Shown here: piece by piece, positions 29,709 through 39,219 of the stretch
Position numbering within the stretch: the first letter of the stretch is position 1
Layout of the letters: the number at the start of each line of letters is the position of its first letter
Assembly: GCA_965208575.1 (NCBI GenBank)
Contig: CBDBOV010000001.1
Location: forward strand, 96,001 to 160,000
DNA length: 64,000 nt
Direction of reading: 5' to 3'
Source of the DNA: Spirochaetia bacterium
GTDB taxonomy: Bacteria; Spirochaetota; Spirochaetia; SZUA-6; Bin103
The notes under the pieces: model-generated
What the model was told of the DNA's origin: nothing
The model's input: only the letters and a program-made list of their open reading frames with translations
Databases searched by the model: none
Translations under genes and position numbers: made by a program

Positions 29709-30612
29709 TCAAGGTGCGCGGGGGCCGTCGAGCGGCGCCAGTCCGAGGACGCGCACCGCCCACGGCAGCGCCGTGCCAAGCTGCTCGCGCTGGACCGAAC
29801 GCACGCGGCGCCATCGGGACCGGCGGTCTTCCCGCGCGCTCGGCGAAGAAGCCGCTGACCACCGCCGCCAGGCGTGCCGCGCCGGGCAGGATTTCCTCCG
29901 GCGCCGGACCGCCCTCGGCGTGCAGGCTCGGGAGCCAGAAGGCGATATCGACATCGGGGTGCGCCAGCACCGCCAGGTTCCAGTCCACCAGCAGTGCACG
30001 CCCGGCGCACAGGCAGAGGTTGTCGCTGCGCACGTCCCAATGGGTAGGGTACGGGCCGTCCAGGTCGGCGCTCTCCTCGGCGTCGATGAGCGGGGGAGCA
30101 CTGCTGCGCAGCCAGCGCCCTGATGCCAGACCAAGCGCCAGAAACTCCGCCGGTGCCGCTGCCACCCGCCGCCAGCTCCCGCCGAGACCGCGATCGGCAG
30201 CGCTCAACGGCGGCAGCGCTTCCCCCGGGTCGGCGGTTCGCAGACTCGCCAGTGCCGCCAGCACCCGGTCGACGGCGGTGGCGTCCCACGGTGGCGGCCA
30301 CCGGCAACCGCTCAGATCCTCCAGCAGCAACAGCGGCCGTTCGCCGTCGTCCCAGCCGCGCACCCGCGGCATGAAGTCGCCCTGCAGCGCTGCGTATACC
30401 CGCTGTTCCGTTCGCAGCCCATCCGCGGTCAACGGGTCGACAGCGATCTTGGCGAACGCGCTCGAGCCATCGGCGAACGCCACGATCCAGCGCTCCGCAG
30501 GGGTGTAACCGCGGAGCGCGCGGCGGAAGCTGACCGCGCGCTGTCCTGCCAAGGCGCCGATACGGGAAATGTCCACCCCGGCCGGCTGGGCGGTGCCGGC
30601 GTCACGACCCAT
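29709..30612 (-). pseudogene. APH/choline-kinase-like phosphotransferase, frameshifted near 29800
   Basis: FAKIA, LLLEDL, HWDVRSDN (Brenner motif), LVDWN. The C-terminus (VQREQLGTALPWA) is in another frame. Confidence 0.8.
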
Positions 30613-30929
30613 TCCCCCATCGTACCCTTGCGAACGAGAGCAGGGTAGGCGGATGCGTCCAGCACGCCGGCGCGGCGGTTTCCACGCCGAGGCGCCACGA
30701 GGCCATTGATCGCTCCGGGTCACGTCGGACGGGTTCGTGGTCGGTACAGCCTCGCTGCGGCGTCATAGTGCGCGGGTTCGGTGGGTAGCACGCTTGCCCG
30801 CGCCAGCAGCCCTCGAAGCGCTTCAAGGTGGCTCTCGTCTCGTGCGCCTGCGAGTACCTCCATCCGGATCGCATTGCAGATCGCGAGGTCGCCGTCCAAC
30901 TCGGCGTGGTATGTAGTGTGTGTACCGCG

Positions 30930-32687
30930 CTACGACACCGCGTCGCAGTGTGCCAGCTCCCAGCCGTGGAAGACCAGCGCCAGCCCCGTGAACCGCACGC
31001 CCGGAAACTGCCGCGCCAGCCGCTCGTCCGCCAAGTAGCGCGCGAGTTGGGTGGTCGCGTCGCTCACCGCCGCCGCCACGGCGTCCCGGTCCGCCGACTC
31101 GCTGCGCTTCAGGTACTTCAGTTCTATCAGGTAGCCGTGCCGCAGGTGCGGGAAGCGCGCGAGCAACGGCTCCAGGCTGATGTCCGCGTGTCCCTTTCCC
31201 AGTTCCGCCTCCGACCGGAACACGTAGAAGTCGGTCACGCTCAGGTAGGCCGCCAGGAACCCTTGGATCACCTTCTCGCCGGCGATGTAATCGCGGATCC
31301 CGGTCTGCGCGGCGATCGCTTCGCCCAGGAATGCGAATGGCGGCCGCCACTCGCCCTGGTTGGCCATGCGCATCATGAGCTGCTCGAAACGGTACAGGTC
31401 GACCCTGAACACCGCCACGTCGCGATAGCCGTCGCGCAGGTAGCCGTACATCAACTGTTTCACTGTCTGGTTCGGGATCGCCAGCCGCGGCATTCCGTGC
31501 ACGACCTCGCGGATGCTCAGCAGCCCGAAGTAGTGCAGCAGCGACAGGAAGTTCTGCCGGTCGGTGAGCTGCTGCAACGGGAAGCCCGGCTGGATGCGCG
31601 GCAGGTCCTTCCGCCCCTCGCCTATGATCTCGCGCAGCAGGTCGAAGTTGCCGTTGAGCTGCCGCCCCACCACCAGCAGGTGGCGCAGCTTGCCGTAGTC
31701 GATGCGCACGTTGGTGTCGATCAGGTACCTCGGCACGTGCCGGTTCGGCATCGACTCGTCCAGGTAGTAGAGCACCATGTCGGAGTTGTAGAGATCGTGC
31801 TCGGCCTCCTCGGCGAACCGGTAGCCGTTGTACCACTCGCCCATCAGGGCCATGGCTTCATCCACGTCCTGGTCGAACAGGCCGCGGTCCCGGTAGAGCT
31901 CCACCAGGCGCCGCACCTCCGCCTCCGTGAAGCCGACCATCTCGTTGAAGTCGGGGTGCAGGCTGATGTTCTTGCCGATGTTGAACCCGCTGGTGACGTC
32001 GTCCATGGTGACCGGCGACACGCCGGTGATGAACAGGCGGTCGATGCCGCCGCCGCTGCGCGCCGTGCCGCCCTTGAGGGCGGCGAAGAAGTTGCGGTAG
32101 AAGCCGCCGCCGTGCGTGAAGTCCTCGTACGCCTGGGTGCCGTGGTGCGCCAGCACGGTGTTGGCGAAGTTGTCGTACTCGTCGATCAGCACGTACAGCG
32201 GGATCTCATGGTCGCCCGCGTACCGGAACAGCATGCTCAGCTTGGTGGCGATGGAGGGCGGCGCAAGGATACGCTGCCGCGCCACTTCGGGAAACAGGTC
32301 GGGATGCCGCTCCAGCGCTCCCCGGAGCTCTATCATGCAGTAGGTTTCGAACTCCCGCTCCAGGGTTTCGAGCTTGTCGTTGACCATCGAGAAGTCGAAG
32401 CGCAGCACGACGTAGCGGTGGCGCTCCGCGGTCGGGTTGCGTCCGATGTCGGTGCCGGCGAAGGTGGCGTCGAATTCGTGGCCCCACCAGCGGTCGTAGT
32501 AGTTCTCCAGCACCGACACCCACAGCGACTTGCCGAACCGCCGCGGGCGGATCAGGAAGACGTAGTCCTCCCGTTCCAGACGCCGCAGGAAGCGGGTCTT
32601 GTCGACGTACAGCCAGCGGTTCAGGCGGATGCGCCGGAAGTCGGACTGGCCGTAGGGAATGCGCGGGTGTATCGGAACCACGTCCAC
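30930..32687 (-). CDS. AAA-ATPase-like plus PD-(D/E)XK (PDDEXK_9-type) nuclease
   Basis: IPYGQSDF, YVDKT, RPRRFGKSL, LIDEYDN, FITGVSP, WYNGYRF, IPN, GHADI..LIELKY. Confidence 0.93.
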   Translation of the reverse strand: MDVVPIHPRIPYGQSDFRRIRLNRWLYVDKTRFLRRLEREDYVFLIRPRRFGKSLWVSVLENYYDRWWGHEFDATFAGTDIGRNPTAERHRYVVLRFDFSMVNDKLETLEREFETYCMIELRGALERHPDLFPEVARQRILAPPSIATKLSMLFRYAGDHEIPLYVLIDEYDNFANTVLAHHGTQAYEDFTHGGGFYRNFFAALKGGTARSGGGIDRLFITGVSPVTMDDVTSGFNIGKNISLHPDFNEMVGFTEAEVRRLVELYRDRGLFDQDVDEAMALMGEWYNGYRFAEEAEHDLYNSDMVLYYLDESMPNRHVPRYLIDTNVRIDYGKLRHLLVVGRQLNGNFDLLREIIGEGRKDLPRIQPGFPLQQLTDRQNFLSLLHYFGLLSIREVVHGMPRLAIPNQTVKQLMYGYLRDGYRDVAVFRVDLYRFEQLMMRMANQGEWRPPFAFLGEAIAAQTGIRDYIAGEKVIQGFLAAYLSVTDFYVFRSEAELGKGHADISLEPLLARFPHLRHGYLIELKYLKRSESADRDAVAAAVSDATTQLARYLADERLARQFPGVRFTGLALVFHGWELAHCDAVS

Positions 32688-32840
32688 TGCCGGAACCCTG
32701 CGCCGGTCACTCTATCGCGGTCGGCGCAGGCGCTCAACGGCTCGGTCGTTAGCACCGCGTTAGCACCGCGCTTGCACGCAGTACCCCAACAAGGAGGTCA
32801 GGCTTGTTCACCCTCGCGCCGGTTTACCACGCGGCGACCA

Positions 32841-32896
32841 GCCGGGAAGGGGGCCTATTCAACGCCGACCCGGGGCACTCTGCTTGCCGATTCACA
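32841..32896 (+). mobile_element. Orphan IS21-type right-end remnant
   Basis: ggggcctattcaacgccgacccggggcactctgcttgccgattcaca: repeated internal motif, ends in CA; related sequence at 33430 and 55903. Confidence 0.5.
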
Positions 32897-32938
32897 CTCC
32901 CTCGCGCCAGCGGGCCGGTTGCAGTATGCTCGTCCCCA

Positions 32939-33312
32939 ATGCCGGACGGAGTTACCGTGCTGCTCGGCGCGGTGGGAGCGGTGGCCGCGATGCTGGCCGT
33001 ACTGGTGCCGGTGATTCGTGGGCAGGGGGCAGCCCTGCGCCGTGAGATCGAAGGGCAAGGGACGAGTCTGCGTCGCGCGATCGAGGAGCGGGGAAGAACC
33101 TGCGTCGCGCGATCAAGGAGCAAGGGACGAGTCTGCGTCGCGAGATCGACACGCTCCGAGCCGACGTGGCCGAAGTGCGTCGCGACCTTCACGTACTGAG
33201 CGACCGCGTGGCGCGCATCGAGGGCGCGTTGACCGGTCCCTGGCGACCGCCGACGAACGGTGGCACGTCGAATCCCGTGGAGCCCCCGGCGCCCGCCAGC
33301 GAAGTCCCATAA
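32939..33312 (+). pseudogene. Small TM/coiled-coil gene with four 33-bp repeats and a frameshift
   Basis: MPDGVTVLLGAVG..; one base missing in the G-run near 33090. Confidence 0.85.
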
Positions 33313-33532
33313 CATGCCCGCTCGCCCGGCCCCCGCTATCGGAGGAAGCCGAGTCAGTTCCCCAGTCAAGCGAACCAGGTTGAGCCGAGCGCCACGGCCA
33401 GCCGAATTCTAAGGCTACCGTCGATCTCACCGGGAAAGGGGTTCTCTCAACGGCGACCTGGGGTCACCTTGTCTGCCGATGGCGTTGCTGGAGGAGCAGA
33501 AGGATGACCAAACCCACGACGCTGCTGGCCCT

Positions 33533-34471
33533 TCATTGGCGCAAGCACCTCAGCGCGCGGAGTGCGCGGAGCGTGATCCATCGGTTCGGTTCTCCGGGAG
33601 CACCGGCGATCTCATCGTAGAGGGTGTCCTTGTGCCGCACGTCCAGGCGCCAGCGTCCATCGGGAAGCTCACGGCTTTCAACTGTCTCGATGGCTTCCGC
33701 CAGGCGCGGATCGTCCTTGAAGCCTGCAGTCACCGCGTATTCAAGGCCCCGCAGGACATCGTAGTGCCACAATGGAGGAAAGGCGAGGCGCCTCCAACCT
33801 TCGTCGATGACACCACCCGTGGAGAGCCGCCGGAGGAGGTGCCGCTCTAGCAGATACTCGCCCCCACGCTCGCGGGCTTCCGTGATGGCCGGGTCTTCCC
33901 CGAAGGACTGCTCGTGTGCGAGCAAGCCCTCCAAGACGCAGATCGTCGTATGGAATGAGGAACGCACGGAGCCGCGAAGCGCCTCACAGTTCCACCCACC
34001 ATCCCCGAGCTGCTCGCTCAGCAGAAGGTCCACCAATCGGAGGCTCGGCTTCCCAAAGTAGGCGCCGAGCGCCACGACGCGCCCGTTGATGCAGGGCTCT
34101 TCCTCCCCCTCGAAGAACGGAGAGTCTCGGTGCCACGGGCCCCAGGTCACGCTTGAGTGCACCAGCTCGATCGCGTGTCGAGTGCGATCGCTTTCAGGAT
34201 CCACGCCAAGATCACGCAGGTAGAGGAGGGTGTACAGGTTCGTCCACCAGAACGGGTGCGCTTCTCCATCGCCCCACTGCCCGTCCGGGCGCTGCTCATC
34301 GAGCAGTCGTCGGCCCCATCCCTCATCTGCCACGCGGGCACGCTCGGCGGCGACGTTATCGACATCGACTATATCTTGGAGGACTTGCCAGCGGATGGAG
34401 GGGTCTGAGTCAAGAAGCCAATCCAGCACCGAGGCGGGGGGCCACGCCGTAGCGTCTGTGTCGCGCACCAT
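33533..34471 (-). CDS. Prenyltransferase/squalene-cyclase-like repeat protein
   Basis: LDWLLDSDPSIRWQV, QRPDGQW, EQLGDGGWNCE, WHYDVLRGL, PNRWITLRALR; RBS gaggag. Confidence 0.8.
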   Translation of the reverse strand: MVRDTDATAWPPASVLDWLLDSDPSIRWQVLQDIVDVDNVAAERARVADEGWGRRLLDEQRPDGQWGDGEAHPFWWTNLYTLLYLRDLGVDPESDRTRHAIELVHSSVTWGPWHRDSPFFEGEEEPCINGRVVALGAYFGKPSLRLVDLLLSEQLGDGGWNCEALRGSVRSSFHTTICVLEGLLAHEQSFGEDPAITEARERGGEYLLERHLLRRLSTGGVIDEGWRRLAFPPLWHYDVLRGLEYAVTAGFKDDPRLAEAIETVESRELPDGRWRLDVRHKDTLYDEIAGAPGEPNRWITLRALRALRCLRQ

Positions 34472-34724
34472 GGTCTCGCCCTCCTCTAGTACCTCTGGCC
34501 TAACACGATTGTCAATTCGCATGACGCCGTTTGTCGATTCCCGTCATCAGGCTCGTAATCGATCTGCCCGGTTGCTTGCCAACGGCCCTCAAGGCCATGT
34601 GCTACGGGTCGTGAACGCGTTCCCAGCGAGAGAGCGTCGAGACGGGTTCCTGTGGTGGTGGACGGCGGGGACCGGGAAGCCTTCCGCCGCGCCAGACCGC
34701 TCTGCCGACCCATAGCCGTCCGCC

Positions 34725-34794
34725 ATCTACCGCTTCGGTAGTCCGGGAGACTACCAACCCAAACCGGAAATAGACGCTTTCCACCGTTGAGCAT
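34725..34794 (+). promoter_or_regulatory. Conserved ~70-bp element, copy 1
   Basis: atCTACCgcttcGGTAGtccgggagactacc...aaatagacgctttccaccgttgagcat. Confidence 0.75.
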
Positions 34795-34977
34795 TCGCTG
34801 GGCTCTCTCGCATGGTTGTCAAGGAAGGGAAATGGGAAGTGGCTATTGCAATTCCGTCCAGCTACGTGGTGGGCAGGTAATACGACCGGAAGTTGTGAGG
34901 TCGTAAGAGAGCGCTACCGGTGGTTAGAGCCGCACTGACCGGGTTGATTTACGGCCAATTCTGGGCCAGGGACTCAG

Positions 34978-36126
34978 ATGGAGCATTCTGGGAGGTCAGT
35001 ACAGATGATTGACCGTGTTGAGCGGCTCGCACGCATCGTGGCTCTGGCTGGCGGGCTGGTCGTGGTCGCCGTGGCTGCCAACGGTCAGAATCCGCCCTTC
35101 AAGGGCGCGGTTTACATCAGCCCGAATATACTGACCAAGGACGACCCGACCGCATTCCGTCAAGCAACCTACAGGAGCACCGGCGGCCGGCAGGTGTTCG
35201 ATCGCCGCATTGGCAAGGTTCAATTCGCAAGAGCTCACGTGTTCGTCGCGTCGTACATCGACGGGACCGAAATCGAAATGATCGTCAACGCGGAGTTTGG
35301 AAGCAGAGAGGCGGCTGAGCCTTATGCGGTCAAGTACGCGACGGTGATAGGACGGCTACCGACGTTCATGAGACGTGGGATCGATGAAGTATGGATTCAC
35401 GATGGTGACTTCCCGGCCTCGGGCGATACGGGCAACATCGCGATCCACGTACAGTTCACGGAGGTAGACGAAGAGATGGGGTACATGGAGGAAGTGATGA
35501 TGCACGAAGCGGTCCATGCCTCTCTCGACGCCGATCACACGGCTGCAAGGGGCTGGCGCGACGCGCAGAGTGCCGATGGTCGGTACCTTACGGAATACGC
35601 TCAGGAGTTCCCTGATACCGAAGACTTTGCAGAGACCCTGCCGCTGTATGTGGCCGTCGAGCACCTTCCGGGCCGGCTGTCGGCAACAATTGAGCGACAG
35701 ATACGACGCACTATCCCCAACCGCATCGCGTACTTCGACGAGCAAGGATTCGACGAGTGGTGCCCCATAATCCCCGAGGACTGCGGGCCTGGCACGGAGA
35801 CCAGGCGCCAAGTCGCGGATCTTGGTGATGCACGGTTGGAACTGGACCGGCTCGACCCTGATCGGCTTCCGCGTCTGAAATCGCCTGGAAGCGGAGCCGA
35901 ATCTGCCATTGTGTTCGTGAATCGCACCAAGTCGGACATTCTCTACTACTGGATCGACTTCGAAGGCAACGCGGCGTACTACGGGAGTGTTGCTCCGGGT
36001 GGCGAGGCAACTCAGCACACTTTCGACGGCCACCTCTGGGTCGCAAAGGACGCGAACGGAACCAGCCTCGCGGTATTCCGCGCCGGTGAAACGCCGGGAC
36101 GGGCGCTCGTCACGGAAACGCCATAG
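34978..36126 (+). CDS. Secreted zincin-like (HExxH) protein with C-terminal VHL beta domain
   Basis: Signal peptide; HEAVHASLD; EDFAE; C-terminal IVFVNRT..YYWIDFEG..YGSVAPG..QHTFDGHLWV. Confidence 0.75.
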   Translation: MEHSGRSVQMIDRVERLARIVALAGGLVVVAVAANGQNPPFKGAVYISPNILTKDDPTAFRQATYRSTGGRQVFDRRIGKVQFARAHVFVASYIDGTEIEMIVNAEFGSREAAEPYAVKYATVIGRLPTFMRRGIDEVWIHDGDFPASGDTGNIAIHVQFTEVDEEMGYMEEVMMHEAVHASLDADHTAARGWRDAQSADGRYLTEYAQEFPDTEDFAETLPLYVAVEHLPGRLSATIERQIRRTIPNRIAYFDEQGFDEWCPIIPEDCGPGTETRRQVADLGDARLELDRLDPDRLPRLKSPGSGAESAIVFVNRTKSDILYYWIDFEGNAAYYGSVAPGGEATQHTFDGHLWVAKDANGTSLAVFRAGETPGRALVTETP

Positions 36127-36164
36127 CAGCCTTGTTCTCGATCTTCCAATTCGCCCCGCGGCGC

Positions 36165-36557
36165 GCACCAGTTGCAAGTGTGGACCAGACGCGCACGGCA
36201 TCCTTCCGCCCGCTGCGGACGCGGCGGAGACCGAGTCGGCGATGCGGCTGCATCCGCTTATCAAGGACCGGTGCGAGAAACAGCGGTTCGAGGAAGACCC
36301 GGAGCGCTTTCGGGCCATCCACCGCGGCATCTGCGTTGCGCTCGCGCGCCGCGGTCAGGTCGTTGCGGCGTTGCGCCACGCCGTGGAGGCCAACGATGCG
36401 GACTTGCTCGGTCCGATAGCGGAGGGTCAAGGCGGAGTCAGGCTTTGGATGGAGCAGGGCCTGGAGGCGCTGCGCACGGTCGACAACCTGCTGAGCGAGC
36501 CGATCCGCGCGAGCTACCCTCGGCTGGCACTGGTGCGTTGCATCGTCCTGACCGCGT
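36165..36557 (+). pseudogene. Rearranged fragment of the MalT-like regulator
   Basis: 36230-36557 is near-identical to 40254-40581 and is preceded by sequence resembling the gene's 3' end (GILPPAADAAE). Confidence 0.85.
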
Positions 36558-36574
36558 TGGCCGCGCGCGGGCCC

Positions 36575-36655
36575 GGTGTACAGATCGAACGGCTGTTCGA
36601 GAGCCTCATGCGCTACTATCCGATCGGATCCTTCCTGTTCTGGCGAGTCGGACGT
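36575..36655 (+). pseudogene. DUF262 (GmrSD/ParB-like) fragment
   Basis: QIERLFESLMRYYPIGSFLFWRV matches the DUF262 signature. Confidence 0.7.
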
Positions 36656-37036
36656 TCAATGTTTTGAACCGAGAGACCGCACGCTGCGCATCTTGTCGGA
36701 GCGTGCCAAGTAGGTTCTGGACAAGCCCCTATCCATTTGTTCAGTGCATCCAAACTGCAAAGGACATGCTGGGGACCTCCTGCACTGTCTCTTGTACGAG
36801 ATCGGCGAACGGGACGACGAGACTTGGACGTGAGCGTATGATGAAAGCCCGCCCGGTCCTCGCTCTCGCCCTCGCCGGCGATCTTGTTTCTAGTGTTCGA
36901 CATGAGTCCTCCTGCGCGCCCACCATAGCCGCTGCAAGGCCCTGATTTCAAATGAGGCCACTACCGAAACCGGAGACAATCAGGATGAGAATCGATGTCG
37001 CAACGACACCGAGGGTACCATAAAGCGGTGAGTCCC

Positions 37037-37414
37037 TTAGAGCAAACTAGAGATGATGATGGTCGCAAACAACAAACCGAGCGCCATCGAGATGCACATT
37101 GCAATACCGAAGAAGCGTACCCATTTCCTGATCTCGTCTGTGTCTGTAGCTATTTCAACCAGTAACTCAGAGTCGGCCAGTGCCTTGTATCGGTCAACTC
37201 TCCGCTCTCTCACAGGCTCAGGCTCAATCTCAGGCTCAGAAGGCTTGTTACCGCTCGCCTCGATAGCAGCCTCGACACGATCCTCCACATCATCATCATC
37301 CGACGAAGGGTCACTGATCCGTTTTACTTCACGTCTCCGTTCGATTCTCCTTGCGATTAGCCTCATCACGACGAACGCCACCACCAGGATCAGGACAGCT
37401 ACGAAAATTGTCAT
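37037..37414 (-). CDS. Hypothetical membrane protein (N- and C-terminal TM segments)
   Basis: Clean lower-GC ORF with two hydrophobic segments and an acidic linker. Confidence 0.6.
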   Translation of the reverse strand: MTIFVAVLILVVAFVVMRLIARRIERRREVKRISDPSSDDDDVEDRVEAAIEASGNKPSEPEIEPEPVRERRVDRYKALADSELLVEIATDTDEIRKWVRFFGIAMCISMALGLLFATIIISSLL

Positions 37415-37690
37415 AACCAGCCATCATAACAGCAGCACACACACTGTCAACCGAGCGCCTCGCCGACAGCAATTCTCGGTGAACGGCGGTTGACGGCCTG
37501 AGGCGGATGTTTGGGGGCCGGCACGGTAAGGACGTGAGGAGAGCACGTCGGTAGAGCGTGTGGTTCCGGAAACTCTGCCGGGCGATTTCCGGAGATCTGG
37601 CCGGTTGGTTGACGACATCGCGAGCGTGTTAGGCGGGAAGATCAAAATGCCGGGTGCAATGAATGGCCGTCGAGCAGCGGCAGGCGATCT

Positions 37691-37847
37691 AGCGCAGCGC
37701 CAGTATCTCGCCCCGCCGCATCCCGGACTACATCGCAACCCGGAAGATCGAGCGGGTCGCCGGAATCCTTCACCGCCGCCTTGATGCCGCGGTGCCAGTT
37801 AGGGCAGCGCTCCTGCGGGCGACGAGATCACCCGCCGCACGATCGGG
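37691..37847 (-). pseudogene. Tyrosine integrase fragment 2
   Basis: Aligns to 58392-58546 (GMRRGEIL region) with indels. Confidence 0.85.
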
Positions 37848-37859
37848 ATGAGCGGTGAG

Positions 37860-38738
37860 CTAATCGATCTCGATCAGAATCCGACAGTGATCGCTCGGTC
37901 CCCATTCGTGAATCCCATTCAGGGCACGCGCCCTAACCCTCTTGTGAAACCCACGGGACGCGAATACGTAGTCGAGTTGGCGTGTGGCCGTTTCGGGGCT
38001 CTCCGCCGTCGTATGATACGTAGGTACATTCCTCGAGTCTGGAGGTTCGCAGAATGCCGTCGGTGCACAGTAAGCCATCCTACCTGCCGGGTATTGGGGA
38101 CCGACCAATTCCAGCCCGATGGCCTTCATCCTGTCGAATACTCCGTTGCATCGTTCATCCAAAGCTTGTGGGTCGTGGTCCGATGCTCGGTAGATCATGT
38201 TGAGATCACCGGCGACCAGTAGTCGGTGGGACGAGGGATCGACATCCCCGATGAACGCCGAAAGATCCGATATGATCCGGTGAGCTGACCCATCCGGATA
38301 ACCCACCTTCCATTTGCTTCGAGTAGTGGGGTGGGGCTTGAACCATCGTGCATACATGGACACGACGATGAAGGGCTCACCATTCGGGGGGATCACACGT
38401 GCCGCAGCTATCGTGCTGATACCGCTAACGGCGATCTCGTCACAGTTTACTCTTGAGACCGGACCTACTTGCTTGAACCACTCGACGCTCACCCCGCTGG
38501 CCTTGTGCTTCACGACCATCGTCCGCAGGTCTACCAGATTGGGAAACTTCCCACACCACCAGCAGGAATTCCATTTGGACGCGTCCCAGTGTTCTTTCGG
38601 ACCGGTTTCTATATCACCTAGCACCTCGTCTGGCACACTGCATCCTTCCTGGATGAGCGCAACGTCGACGTTCATGTCGCCGAGGCAGCACCATGATTTC
38701 TTGATGTGATTCATGTTCCAACACACTATCCGTACCAT
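37860..38738 (-). CDS. Endonuclease/exonuclease/phosphatase (EEP) family protein
   Basis: IVCWN, ALIQEG, AGDLN, LDYVF, SDH. Confidence 0.9.
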   Translation of the reverse strand: MVRIVCWNMNHIKKSWCCLGDMNVDVALIQEGCSVPDEVLGDIETGPKEHWDASKWNSCWWCGKFPNLVDLRTMVVKHKASGVSVEWFKQVGPVSRVNCDEIAVSGISTIAAARVIPPNGEPFIVVSMYARWFKPHPTTRSKWKVGYPDGSAHRIISDLSAFIGDVDPSSHRLLVAGDLNMIYRASDHDPQALDERCNGVFDRMKAIGLELVGPQYPAGRMAYCAPTAFCEPPDSRNVPTYHTTAESPETATRQLDYVFASRGFHKRVRARALNGIHEWGPSDHCRILIEID

Positions 38739-38948
38739 TTCCGAACCTCTACCAGATGGTGGCGGGAAATGCGACCGTCACGGTTGTGGTGCCCGAAAGC
38801 AACGGAGTAGCCGTGTTCTATCGAGAACTTGCACCGCACGGCAGCATCCTTGTAAGCGCAACGAGCGCAACGCGTTAGCCGGTCCGTTCGAAGAACATGC
38901 CGTGATACCCACATGGCCTGCCGAGCAATCCTGTGAGGAACCCAAGGG

Positions 38949-39018
38949 ATGTTCAACGGTGGAGAGTGTTTATTTCCGGTCTTGGTTGGCAGTGTCCAAG
39001 ACTACCGACGTGGTAGAT
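38949..39018 (-). promoter_or_regulatory. Conserved ~70-bp element, copy 3
   Basis: Reverse complement atCTACCacgtcGGTAGtcttggacactgcc...aaataaacactctccaccgttgaacat. Confidence 0.75.
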
Positions 39019-39219
39019 ATTGGAACGCTGCAAACACCGCCATCGGCGTGCAGGCAGCACGCACTGTGCTCGCGCCGGCCCCGTCCGCTCCGAACCGCAC
39101 CGCGGGCCGATAGCGTCAACCCCCGAACAGGGTAGGGTGGGATTCTGTCTCCCGTGTCCCGACTCTGGCGCGCCTTGAATCGCTTGTCAGGTCAAGATAG
39201 CGTGTTGTGTGCCAGAGCG

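Noticed and set aside
30828-33014. Long antisense or alternate-frame ORFs (e.g. 30828-33014, 7857-9854, 15768-17339, 3712-4989)
   Set aside because: Shadow ORFs caused by high GC3 opposite motif-supported genes.
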